A DNA stretch of 64,000 nucleotides from Candidatus Versatilivorator sp. (GTDB lineage: Bacteria > Acidobacteriota > Terriglobia > Versatilivoradales > Versatilivoraceae). This document shows positions 1-8,397 of this stretch, piece by piece (the stretch's first letter is position 1; each line of letters begins with the position of its first letter). The position numbers were made by a program, and so were the translations under genes. Under the pieces are notes generated by a model. It was given only the letters and a program-made list of their open reading frames with translations. It had not been told where the DNA came from and made no database searches. The stretch lies in assembly GCA_965207735.1 (NCBI GenBank), contig OZ242296.1, forward strand, positions 928,001-992,000. Direction: 5' to 3'.

Positions 1-1724
1 GTGCGATTTACGGCCTCGGGGATTTCCTCGCCTTCTTCCGCTTCATGGTCCGCCTCTTCCTGGCCGCTCTCGTCGTCGGCATGGCCTCCCCCGCGCTCGG
101 CAAAACCCGGCCGGTAGCGCTGCGTCTCCAGCCTGCCGCCGAACTGGAACCTGGCGGCTTCGAATTCCAGTTCCTCAAGGACGTAGAGGGCAAAGCCGGT
201 CTGATCGATCGGGGGCGACAGCGCTTCCTCCCCGACTGCCGAGTATTCTCGATCCAGGCCCCAGAAGCCGAAGCGGCCGCTCAACGGTCCAATCTTTTTC
301 TGCTCGAAGACTCCCCGATAGACGAATTCCTGTTGGTCGAACGTCGTGCCGACAACTTGTTCCCCGTTCTCGAAGAACTCGATCTCCTTGTGATTCCAGT
401 CAGTCAAGCTCATTTTCAGAACAAATTCGTCTATTGCCGTCCCCAGGTCCCTCAATCCCCCGGTGAAACGGACGTTCCGGCGCCGTGAGTCGAGAAGGAT
501 ACGGTCGATCTCCTCCTCGCCGTGATCCTCGCCTTCCTCGCCGTGGTCCTCACCCTCTTCGTCGTGATCCTCGCCTTCCTCGTCGTCATCCTCGCCCTCT
601 TCGTCGTGATGCTCGCCTTCTTCGTCGTGGTCTTCGCCCTCTTCGTCGTGGTCCTCGTCCCCATGGCCCTCTTCGCCATGGTGTCCGTGAAACTCCTGAA
701 CGAAGGGTACGCCGTAGGCGCCGTCGTCGAATTTGGCTTCGACACTGAAGAAAATCTTGTCCCCGTACCAGCCCAGACCCGCTCCGCCATTTCTGAGTTG
801 AGAGCGTGAATTGTAGATCTGCCCCTGTTCCGCCGCCCTGTAGTCACCGGTTCGAACACCCCCACCGCGTCCCCAGATCATCCAGTTGCCGGTTCCAAAC
901 TCCAGACCGGCGCTGCCCCCACCCAAGGCGTTGGCGGTGCCGCCCGATCCGGACACGAATCCGCGAAACCCCTGGTGCGCATGGCGGTGAGCTTCGTGGT
1001 GACGACTGATGGCATTGACCGTGCCGCCCATGGCGTTTCCGCTGTAGAGCAGGGTCGCCGGTCCCTTGACGATCTCCAGCCGCTCCAGCTGCGCGGGATT
1101 GATCATCTCGCCATGGTCGCCGGACTGGGACGAAAGCGTACCTGTCCGGATGCCGTCTTCCATGATCAGCACGCGGTCCCCGTCAAAACCGCGCACGATC
1201 GGCCGGGCGGGGCCCGGTCCGAAGCTGCGCTTGGCAATCCCGGTGCCGACTCTGTGGTCCAGCATTTCCCCGAGAGAGATATCGGTCGATTGACCCAGTT
1301 CATGGGGCCCGATCGATTCCACGCTCTGGAAGGATTCAAATGTCGTCTCCCGCTTTTCCGATCCCGTGACCGTGACCTCATACTGGGGGGGAGCCAATAC
1401 CAGTCGAAAATCGGCCTCGACCGTTTGACCGGCCTCGATGGTCACCGTTGCGGAGGCTTCAGTAAAAAGGCTGTCGAGATGAGCTTCAACCGTATATCTG
1501 CCGGGAGCCACTTGTTGGAACCTGTAACTTCCATCGTCCCGGCTGAGAGTGATCCGGCCCAGTTCCACAATGGTCACGCTGACGCCGTGCAGCGGTTCCC
1601 CGCCGGCTTCCAAAGAGACGCGGCCCTTCAGGCTGCCGTCCGATTGGGCGACTGCGACTGGTTGGGCCGCCAGAGACAGCGCAGCCAACCAGAGGAGTGA
1701 AAGCAACCGGATTCCAATGTGCAT
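1..1724 (-). CDS. TonB-dependent receptor, ZnuD-like (putative Zn/metal uptake); 3' end runs off the window
   Basis: Translated by hand; absent from the ORF track because there is no stop in the window. ATG at 1724 follows a GGAGGG RBS. Signal peptide MHIGIRLLSLLWLAALSLAAQPVAVAQ, then a carboxypeptidase-regulatory-like N-domain (GSLKGRVSLEAGGEPLHGVSVTI), a plug motif SFGPGPARPIVRGFDGDRVLIMEDG..SGDHGE..RLEIVKGPATLLYSGNAMGGTVN, and a His/Asp/Glu loop. Confidence 0.9.
   Translation of the reverse strand, partial: MHIGIRLLSLLWLAALSLAAQPVAVAQSDGSLKGRVSLEAGGEPLHGVSVTIVELGRITLSRDDGSYRFQQVAPGRYTVEAHLDSLFTEASATVTIEAGQTVEADFRLVLAPPQYEVTVTGSEKRETTFESFQSVESIGPHELGQSTDISLGEMLDHRVGTGIAKRSFGPGPARPIVRGFDGDRVLIMEDGIRTGTLSSQSGDHGEMINPAQLERLEIVKGPATLLYSGNAMGGTVNAISRHHEAHRHAHQGFRGFVSGSGGTANALGGGSAGLEFGTGNWMIWGRGGGVRTGDYRAAEQGQIYNSRSQLRNGGAGLGWYGDKIFFSVEAKFDDGAYGVPFVQEFHGHHGEEGHGDEDHDEEGEDHDEEGEHHDEEGEDDDEEGEDHDEEGEDHGEEGEDHGEEEIDRILLDSRRRNVRFTGGLRDLGTAIDEFVLKMSLTDWNHKEIEFFENGEQVVGTTFDQQEFVYRGVFEQKKIGPLSGRFGFWGLDREYSAVGEEALSPPIDQTGFALYVLEELEFEAARFQFGGRLETQRYRPGFAERGGGHADDESGQEEADHEAEEGEEIPEAVNR
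511..690 (-). repeat. Imperfect 21-bp coding tandem repeat (EEGEDHD units) in the TonB receptor
   Basis: Minus strand encodes FHGHHGEEGHGDEDHDEEGEDHDEEGEHHDEEGEDDDEEGEDHDEEGEDHGEEGEDHGEEE. Confidence 0.9.
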
Positions 1725-1869
1725 GATGCCCTCCGAAGATAGCCGTGCCGAGTGCCAGCTTAATTGCCGAATCCGTTCTGCAGCCACTGGAATGTCAGGG
1801 GCGGGATATATGTTCGGATAAGCGGGATAAGAATCCGATCGAGCGGGACCGGTGACGACCACATAACAG

Positions 1870-1898
1870 TTGACGTGCTCCGTCTGTCCGGGTAATCT
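1870..1898 (+). promoter_or_regulatory. Putative sigma70 promoter for the permease-hflK operon
   Basis: TTGACG (1870-1875), 17-bp spacer, TAATCT (1893-1898). Confidence 0.55.
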
Positions 1899-1899
1899 G

Positions 1900-1919
1900 C
1901 TCAGCAACGCGTTGCGGAG
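1900..1919. promoter_or_regulatory. Palindromic operator candidate
   Basis: CTCAGCAACGCGTTGCGGAG is a 20-bp palindrome with one mismatched pair, immediately after the -10 box and between divergent metal genes. Confidence 0.5.
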
Positions 1920-2086
1920 TATTTACCGCACAGCCCAAGAAGATATGTGGACAATCCGCTTGGTTATTAGTGGGCACACTGGCCGCGCCCGGCTGCACGA
2001 CCCCCACTCCGGGTAATTCGCGGACGGGTTGAGGGGCCGTATCGGCCTCAGTTGGGAGATTCCAATTGGCTGTGGGATCCTTGAGC

Positions 2087-4489
2087 ATGTTGGCTGCATT
2101 CTTCGACTTCCTCTGGTCGTCCTTTCTCTTGTTAGCGCCCATGCTGCTGTTGGGGCTCTTTCTTTCGGGCCTCATTCACGTCTTTATTTCGCGTAAAGCT
2201 ATTCTCCGGTGGCTCCGTGACGACAGCCTGAAGTCGGTAACCACCAGTGCGGCCATCGGCGTGCCGGTCCCGCTGTGCAGTTGCTCGGTCGTGCCCGTGG
2301 TCGCCGAGATGCGGAAGAAAGGAGCGTCCCGCTCCTCCTGCATGTCGTTCCTGATCACTGCCCCGGAAACAGGCGCGGACTCGATCCTGGTCACCAACGC
2401 CTTCTTTGGATTGGTGGCGGCAATAGTCCGGCCCATCATCAGCTTCGTCACTGCGACCGTCGCCGGCATTTTTTGCATCGGTCTCATCAGAGACGATCGC
2501 GACGCGAAAGTGAGTGGTCACGGCCACGATCATGACCACGACCACGATCATGACCATGACCACGGTTCCCACGAGCCGCTCACGCCCGGCCAGGACGACT
2601 GCTATATCAGCTTTTCTCAATTGAAAGGCGCTATGGGGCGCTGGATGAGGGGAATCGCTACGGCGGCCGGGCGGGCGGTGGGCAGGTGGAAGTCCACATC
2701 CTGGGTCAAGCCGGAGTTCTATCGCGATCAGGCGCTGGCTGACGAGCCATCCGCCGACAGGTCGCAGGTCGATGCGCCCGCGGATGACCGGATGCCGAGC
2801 TTCAAGACGATCGTCAGGCATATCTTTCGCTACGGTTTCGTCGAAATCGCCGACGACATTCTCTTCGCGCTGCTCGTCGGGGTGGCCTTGGGGGGAGTGC
2901 TCTTTCTGGTGATTCCGAGCGATCTGATGTCGAACGAGTACGCCCGCTGGATGTCCTACCCCATCATGGTTCTGGTGGGAGTTCCGCTCTACATTTGCGC
3001 ATCGGCAAGCACCCCGATCGCCGCCGCGCTGGTCGCCAAGGGTTTCAGTCCGGGAGCGGCCCTGATTTTTCTCATGACGGGTCCGGCGACCAACACGGGC
3101 ACTATCGCGATCATCACAAGCCAGTTCGGCGCGCGTTTCGCGACCATCTACGTCTCGGCCGTGATCGTAGTGACCGTCATCGTGGGTATCTTGATTGATA
3201 TTCTGCTTCTGGCCACAGGCATGACCATCCCCGTGTACCTGGGGGCCTCGGACTCGCCGGCCATATTGTTGCTGCAATGGGGAGGCGCCTTGGGCCTCAT
3301 CGCCCTGATCATCTGGCGATTCCGGGCCGGCGCCTTGCGAAGCGGCTGGGAGGATCTGATGGTCAACATCCGGCCTCTGTCCAGGGGCTGGAGACAGGCG
3401 TGGGAACGTCTGACCCGAGGCCGGTCCCTCCGCGGCGCCATCACTCCGACCACTCCGGCGGGCAGGGGTCTCTCCGTTGTGGTCCTTGCCCTTTTCCTCG
3501 GCAGCGGCTTCACCTCCGTGCCTCCGGGAGAGGTCGGCTACGGTCGCCTGTTGGGCAAGGTTGTCTGGAGGGACCTGGAGCCGGGACTGCACTACCTTGT
3601 CCCCTGGCCCTTCGTTCAGGTCGATAAATGGCCGGTCCGGGAAGTGAAGTCGCTCATGGCCGGCGACGCCCACGAATACGTTTCCGGCGATCTGAACCTG
3701 ATTTCTCTCGTGGTCAATGTGCAATATCGGGTGAAGGACCCTTACCTCTACCATTACCGGATAAGCGACGCCCAGAGAATCGTCAAGGACGGCGTCAGGG
3801 ACCATGTGCGCTCCTTCGTATCCGCCCGAGATATGGATCAGCTCCTCAATGTTCATCGCGCAGCCTTGGAGGAGAGCGTCAACGAATTGTTCCAAAGCGA
3901 GCATCTGTCGCATCCGGAAGCGCAAGCCTTGGCGTTCGAGAGCGTCGAACTGGTGAAGGTGAACCTGTCGGCCATCAGTCCCGTACCCGAGGCCATGAGC
4001 GCGTTCCGGGAGGTATCGAGCGCGCAAGAGGACAAAGCTCGCATCATCACCAATGCGCAGCGGCTCCTGGTGTCTCTGATTCCCCAGGCGCACGGTAATG
4101 CCGACTACGAGGTGAAACAGGCCGCCGGCGAGGCGCACCGGAGAGTGAAGACGTCCGGGGCTGAGGCCGGTGCGATCCAGCGGGTGGCCGCGGCCATCCG
4201 AAGTGCTCCGAATGTGCTACGGAATATGCTGTGGCGGGAAAAACTGGAAACCGCACTGTCCGATAAACCCAAGATCATTGTGCCCAACAGACGTAGTCTG
4301 GATAAGGTTTCCTTGTGGAAGGGAAGATCGGCGGGGTCGGGCGCCAAAGCCCGTCATGTCGGCGCCGACAGGAACGCTGCAGACGGCGGGATGAGGGATG
4401 GCGCCAAGAGCGCCGGCCCGAAGAATTCGAAGAAGCCGGCCGACCCGCCCAAGGAATCAACAGCCAATCAGCCGGGAGAAAAAAAGTGA
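2087..4489 (+). CDS. DUF318 (ArsP/SO_0444-like) metal permease fused to a C-terminal HflK-like SPFH domain
   Basis: N-half has DUF318 motifs GVPVPLCSCSVVP, FLITAPETG, PLYICASASTPIAAAL and FLMTGPATN plus a HGHDHDHDHDHDHDH tract. C-half (from ~3480) has HflK motifs GFTSVPPGEVG..GKVV..LEPGLHY..PWPF, SGDLNLISLVVNVQYRVKDP, AFREVSSAQED and IPQAHGNA. ATG at 2087 (ORF track starts at 2066). Confidence 0.88.
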   Translation: MLAAFFDFLWSSFLLLAPMLLLGLFLSGLIHVFISRKAILRWLRDDSLKSVTTSAAIGVPVPLCSCSVVPVVAEMRKKGASRSSCMSFLITAPETGADSILVTNAFFGLVAAIVRPIISFVTATVAGIFCIGLIRDDRDAKVSGHGHDHDHDHDHDHDHGSHEPLTPGQDDCYISFSQLKGAMGRWMRGIATAAGRAVGRWKSTSWVKPEFYRDQALADEPSADRSQVDAPADDRMPSFKTIVRHIFRYGFVEIADDILFALLVGVALGGVLFLVIPSDLMSNEYARWMSYPIMVLVGVPLYICASASTPIAAALVAKGFSPGAALIFLMTGPATNTGTIAIITSQFGARFATIYVSAVIVVTVIVGILIDILLLATGMTIPVYLGASDSPAILLLQWGGALGLIALIIWRFRAGALRSGWEDLMVNIRPLSRGWRQAWERLTRGRSLRGAITPTTPAGRGLSVVVLALFLGSGFTSVPPGEVGYGRLLGKVVWRDLEPGLHYLVPWPFVQVDKWPVREVKSLMAGDAHEYVSGDLNLISLVVNVQYRVKDPYLYHYRISDAQRIVKDGVRDHVRSFVSARDMDQLLNVHRAALEESVNELFQSEHLSHPEAQALAFESVELVKVNLSAISPVPEAMSAFREVSSAQEDKARIITNAQRLLVSLIPQAHGNADYEVKQAAGEAHRRVKTSGAEAGAIQRVAAAIRSAPNVLRNMLWREKLETALSDKPKIIVPNRRSLDKVSLWKGRSAGSGAKARHVGADRNAADGGMRDGAKSAGPKNSKKPADPPKESTANQPGEKK

Positions 4490-5382
4490 TGACCTTGAAG
4501 GCAAAAAGAGTCGCCGCAACCATTGCCGTGATTGCTTTTGGCGTCGTTGCCTACGATGCCCACTACATCATCGACGAAACGCAGCAGGGGGTGCTGACCC
4601 ACTTCGGCAGGATTTCTCCTCCCGTCAAACAGCCCGGTCTCCACCTCAAGTGGCCCTGGCCCATCTCCAAGGTATACAAGGTTGATCGCCGCATTCATGT
4701 TCTCACCGACCTCACCCAGGAATTGATTACGGAAGACCAGAAGAGCGTTCTGATCAACGGGTATCTGCAATGGCGGGTCCAGGATCCCATCCTCTTCGTC
4801 GAGGCGATCCGAACCGCCCAGAGCGCCACCGAGCGGCTGAGGAATCTGTACACCTCGAGCAGCGGCATCGTCATCAGCAACGAGGCCCGGGACGCCTTTA
4901 TCAGTCTGGGCCTGGAACACGAAGATCTGACCAAGGCCGCCAGGGAGATTGTCGGCCTCATTGCGCCCATCGCAAGCGAGAACTACGGTATCGAGGTGAC
5001 CGGGGGCGGAATCGTCGAATACACCTTGCCGCTGGAGAACCGGCCAAGCGTGATTCAGCGAATGATCTCGGAGCGCGCCCGCATCGCCGCCCGCTATCGC
5101 AGTGAAGGGGAAGAGATGGCGATCCGCGTCGAGGCACGGGCCATCAACGAGCACGAAAAGCTCATGGCCGATGCCCACGCGGAAGCAACCGCCATTCTTG
5201 GCGATGCGGAAGCCGAAGCGATGCAGTTGCTCGGCAAGGCCTATCGACAGGATCCGGAGTTCTACAAGTTCATCCGCGCTCTCGACAGCTACGATCTGAT
5301 CATCGACAAGAACACTACCCTCATGCTGCCGGCGGATAACGAGTTGTTCAAGTATCTCGACAGCAGGCAAGTACCCAGATAG
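4489..5382 (+). CDS. hflC: HflC-like SPFH protein
   Basis: IIDETQQGVLTHFG..QPGLHLKWPWP, ITEDQKSVLINGYLQWRVQDP, QRMISERARIAARYRSEG and AYRQDPEFYKFIRALDSY. ATG overlaps the upstream stop (TGATG). Confidence 0.88.
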   Translation: MTLKAKRVAATIAVIAFGVVAYDAHYIIDETQQGVLTHFGRISPPVKQPGLHLKWPWPISKVYKVDRRIHVLTDLTQELITEDQKSVLINGYLQWRVQDPILFVEAIRTAQSATERLRNLYTSSSGIVISNEARDAFISLGLEHEDLTKAAREIVGLIAPIASENYGIEVTGGGIVEYTLPLENRPSVIQRMISERARIAARYRSEGEEMAIRVEARAINEHEKLMADAHAEATAILGDAEAEAMQLLGKAYRQDPEFYKFIRALDSYDLIIDKNTTLMLPADNELFKYLDSRQVPR

Positions 5383-5396
5383 TTCGGGTTCGGCTA

Positions 5397-6692
5397 ATGA
5401 ACGGACAACAATCAACTCCGACAAGCACGCGAGTCATATACGCCGTATTTGACTTTTACGGGTTGCACCGCACCCAGATTCTTGCGGGCCTCGCCGCGGT
5501 GGTCTTGATCTGCCTGCTGGCCACCGGCTTCTACATCGTCAAGAAGGAGGAGCAGGGCCTGCGCACCCGCTTCGGGCGAGTGGTCGATGCGGAAGTCGGT
5601 CCGGGAATCGGATACCGCATCCCCCTCATCGAACGGATGCACATCCGCAAGGTCAAGAGAATCGTCGGATACCGGATAGCCAGCAGGGACAGCGATACGA
5701 TCAACTTCACGGTCCTGTCCGGAGACACCAACCTTCTCGAAGTCGATGTGGCCATTCAGTACAGAATTGGCAACCTCAGGCAGTTCCTGTTTGCGAGCAC
5801 CGACCCCCAGACTTTGCTCACCATGCTCGTTCGCGAGGAACTGATCAACATTCTCGGGCAGCACTTTATCGACTTGATCTTCACTTCGAATCGCAATCTC
5901 ATTCAGCAGCATCTGATCGACGCCGTGATCGGGCGCCTCGAATCTCTGGATGTCGGCATGGAGCTCATCACGCTGAAAATCGTCAATGTGCGACCGATCC
6001 CGGAGACCCGTGATGCGTTCCGGGATGTCAACGATGCCATCGCCGAACGCGAGCAGGCCGTGAGCGGAGCAAATCGCAGGAGAGAACAGTTGATCGCTCG
6101 CAGCAAGGGGCAGGCTGAAGCGTTGATAATGAACGCCAAGGCGAGCGCCCGGGAACGGATTGTTCAGGCGCGAAGCAGCGCCGGCGTCTTCAGGGCGCTG
6201 CTGGCTGAATATCGGAAGCAGCCGCAGTCTGTGGCCATCACGCGTTACTGGCAACGCATGCGAGCGATCTTTACCGAGGCAAGCCTGGCGATGGTGAACC
6301 CGGGCCGGCCATCCACCATCGACATCAACATGATTGACGGCGCACCGGGATTCACCCCGGCCCAGATGTTGTTGCAAGCGCCGCCTACGGATTCTGCAGC
6401 TCTCGAGGGGCGGCTGCCCGGTTCGACGGTGGCGCCGGACATTCACACGCTGGAAAACATCGGGAAGGACAAACTCCTGCTGGAAGGACAGTTTCATAGA
6501 GAACGCACTGAGCGCGACCATCAAAAGGGAGCCAACCCCCGGTCGCTCATATTCGATACGCCGTCCATATTCTCCCATCGGCACATAAGGCCTCGCGGAG
6601 GGATTGTCAGGCAGCAGGAGAGCCAGAAGCCGATGGTGGAGTCGATGGCTGAGGAAGGCGCGGAGAAAGACAAGCCTGCGAAGGGGAAATAG
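5397..6692 (+). CDS. hflK: Second HflK-like SPFH protein with C-terminal extension
   Basis: GFYIVKKEEQGLRTRFGRVV..VGPGIGYRIP, LSGDTNLLEVDVAIQYRI, DAFRDVNDA and FRALLAEYRKQP. Confidence 0.85.
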   Translation: MNGQQSTPTSTRVIYAVFDFYGLHRTQILAGLAAVVLICLLATGFYIVKKEEQGLRTRFGRVVDAEVGPGIGYRIPLIERMHIRKVKRIVGYRIASRDSDTINFTVLSGDTNLLEVDVAIQYRIGNLRQFLFASTDPQTLLTMLVREELINILGQHFIDLIFTSNRNLIQQHLIDAVIGRLESLDVGMELITLKIVNVRPIPETRDAFRDVNDAIAEREQAVSGANRRREQLIARSKGQAEALIMNAKASARERIVQARSSAGVFRALLAEYRKQPQSVAITRYWQRMRAIFTEASLAMVNPGRPSTIDINMIDGAPGFTPAQMLLQAPPTDSAALEGRLPGSTVAPDIHTLENIGKDKLLLEGQFHRERTERDHQKGANPRSLIFDTPSIFSHRHIRPRGGIVRQQESQKPMVESMAEEGAEKDKPAKGK

Positions 6693-6693
6693 C

Positions 6694-7884
6694 ATGACCG
6701 AATGTCTGCTCCGGAAATGTCGATCAGCGCCGTTGCTGGTATTACCGTTGCTGTTGGCACCCTGGCCTTCGATGGCGGCCGACGGCGTCTACGCGGACAA
6801 AATCGTCTTTGGACAGAGCGCCTGTCTATCGGGGCCCAACAGGGATCTGGGGCGCCATTACCGGGCAGGTATCCTGGTGGCCTTCGGGGAACGGAACGCT
6901 CTCGGGGGGATCGACGGCAGGTCTCTGGAACTGATCACGCGCGACGACGGCTACGAGCCGGGCCAGGCAGCGGCGAACGCGCAGAGATTCGTCGCCGAGG
7001 ACGATGTGTTGGCCGTCATCGGCGGGGTGGGAACGCCTACCTCGAGGCGGATCGCTCCAGTGCTGCGAGCGGCCAAGATTCCGTTTGTGGGACACATTAC
7101 GGGCGCCGGCTTTCTGCGCGATGCCGGGCAGTATCCGAATGTCGTCAATCTGAGGGCGAGTTATCAGGACGAAATCCGCATGCTGGTAAACCACACCGTT
7201 GGCCACCACGGCAAGAGACGGTTCGGCATCATCTACCAGGACGATGCCTTCGGTCGATCGGGGCTGAAGGGCTACAAGGTGGCGCTCGACGAGCACGGTC
7301 TTCCCCTGCTGGCGAAAGCGGCCTTTTCGCGCAATACCCATGCCGTCCATGCCAGCCTCTTCTCCCTGGCCAAGGCCGATCTGGATGTGATTCTGGTCGT
7401 CGGAACCTACACCACCAATGCAGATATCATCAACTTGGCAAAGAGCCTGGGACACGACTACATCATGGCCAACCTGTCTTTCGTCCTGTCCTATGAATTG
7501 AAGAAGAGAATCGAGGTGCCGGGCAGCCGAATCGTGGTAACCGAGGTCGTGCCTGACGTGAACGACCCGAATAGTCGAGTCGTTCAGAGTTTTCGGCGCG
7601 CCCTTCGAGCGTCAGGCGGACGAACGGTAAAATCCGAAATGCCCGCGATCAACGAGGTATCTCTGGAAGGCTATATACTTGGCCGCTTTGTCATCGCCGT
7701 GCTGGAACGCATGGACGGGGAGTGGACGCGAGAGCGCTTTCTGGATCGGGCTTTGCAATCCGGCCCCGTGGACATTGATGACTGGAAGGTTGAATTCAAG
7801 CCGGGGACGAACACCGGATCGAGCTACGTCAGGTTGACCGTGTTCAATGGCCACGATTCCCACGAGAGGAGAGAGGGTCCTTGA
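6694..7884 (+). CDS. Periplasmic binding protein type 1 (branched-chain amino-acid/ligand-binding family)
   Basis: Signal peptide, then IVFGQSACLSGP, GGIDGRSLELITRDDGYEP, GGVGTPTS, NLRASYQDE and YQDDAFG. ATG at 6694, just after the hflK stop. Confidence 0.85.
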   Translation: MTECLLRKCRSAPLLVLPLLLAPWPSMAADGVYADKIVFGQSACLSGPNRDLGRHYRAGILVAFGERNALGGIDGRSLELITRDDGYEPGQAAANAQRFVAEDDVLAVIGGVGTPTSRRIAPVLRAAKIPFVGHITGAGFLRDAGQYPNVVNLRASYQDEIRMLVNHTVGHHGKRRFGIIYQDDAFGRSGLKGYKVALDEHGLPLLAKAAFSRNTHAVHASLFSLAKADLDVILVVGTYTTNADIINLAKSLGHDYIMANLSFVLSYELKKRIEVPGSRIVVTEVVPDVNDPNSRVVQSFRRALRASGGRTVKSEMPAINEVSLEGYILGRFVIAVLERMDGEWTRERFLDRALQSGPVDIDDWKVEFKPGTNTGSSYVRLTVFNGHDSHERREGP

Positions 7885-8372
7885 AAAAGGTAGACGAGTT
7901 CACCACCGAAGAGGTCGGCGAGGAATGGCTGCGCGAGCTCTACAAGGTTGTCGCTATGCGCCGTGGCACCATGTTCCGGTTGATTACCGAATCGACGCGC
8001 ATGTTGCTTTACGGAAACGCCGGCGGCGCGGCCTTGGTGGTCGGATTCATGAGAGAGCCTTCAGGAAGCCCCGAGAATACGGTGTACCACTGGTTTTCCC
8101 TGCTGACCCTGGTCGTGTTCGGGTTCGGAATCCTGGCCTCGGCCCTGACCATGGTGCTGGTGACTCTGGTCTCGGTGAAGGAGGCCCACGGGGCGGAAAC
8201 CGGATTGAAGGAGTTTGTCGACGGCGATTTGGATCGGACACGGGTGCTGTTTAAAGTTGCGGGCCAGACCTTTCGCCTCGCCGATTTCGCCACGGTGTCC
8301 GGCACCGTCAGCGCCATGAGCTTCATGCTCGGCGGATTGAGCAGCATCGTCCTGCTGACCCTGTTCTTCTAG
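7881..8372 (+). CDS. Hypothetical membrane protein
   Basis: TTG start overlaps the upstream TGA; about three hydrophobic segments; no family recognised. Confidence 0.65.
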   Translation: MKKVDEFTTEEVGEEWLRELYKVVAMRRGTMFRLITESTRMLLYGNAGGAALVVGFMREPSGSPENTVYHWFSLLTLVVFGFGILASALTMVLVTLVSVKEAHGAETGLKEFVDGDLDRTRVLFKVAGQTFRLADFATVSGTVSAMSFMLGGLSSIVLLTLFF

Positions 8373-8397
8373 CCCTCCCTAGAACCGGACCATCACC

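Noticed and set aside
8-1700. Track ORFs such as 522-809 (periodic hydrophobic), 485-748 (Arg/Pro repeats), 452-865 and 975-1700
   Set aside because: Alternative frames or antisense of the TonB receptor and its 21-bp repeat.
1725-2086. Cobalamin or other riboswitch upstream of the TonB receptor
   Set aside because: I could not find a B12 box or other conserved riboswitch motif by eye; an Rfam scan would be decisive.
2132-6695. Long minus-strand ORFs (668, 318 and 427 aa)
   Set aside because: Antisense shadows of the permease-hflK/hflC/hflK genes, typical of high-GC DNA.
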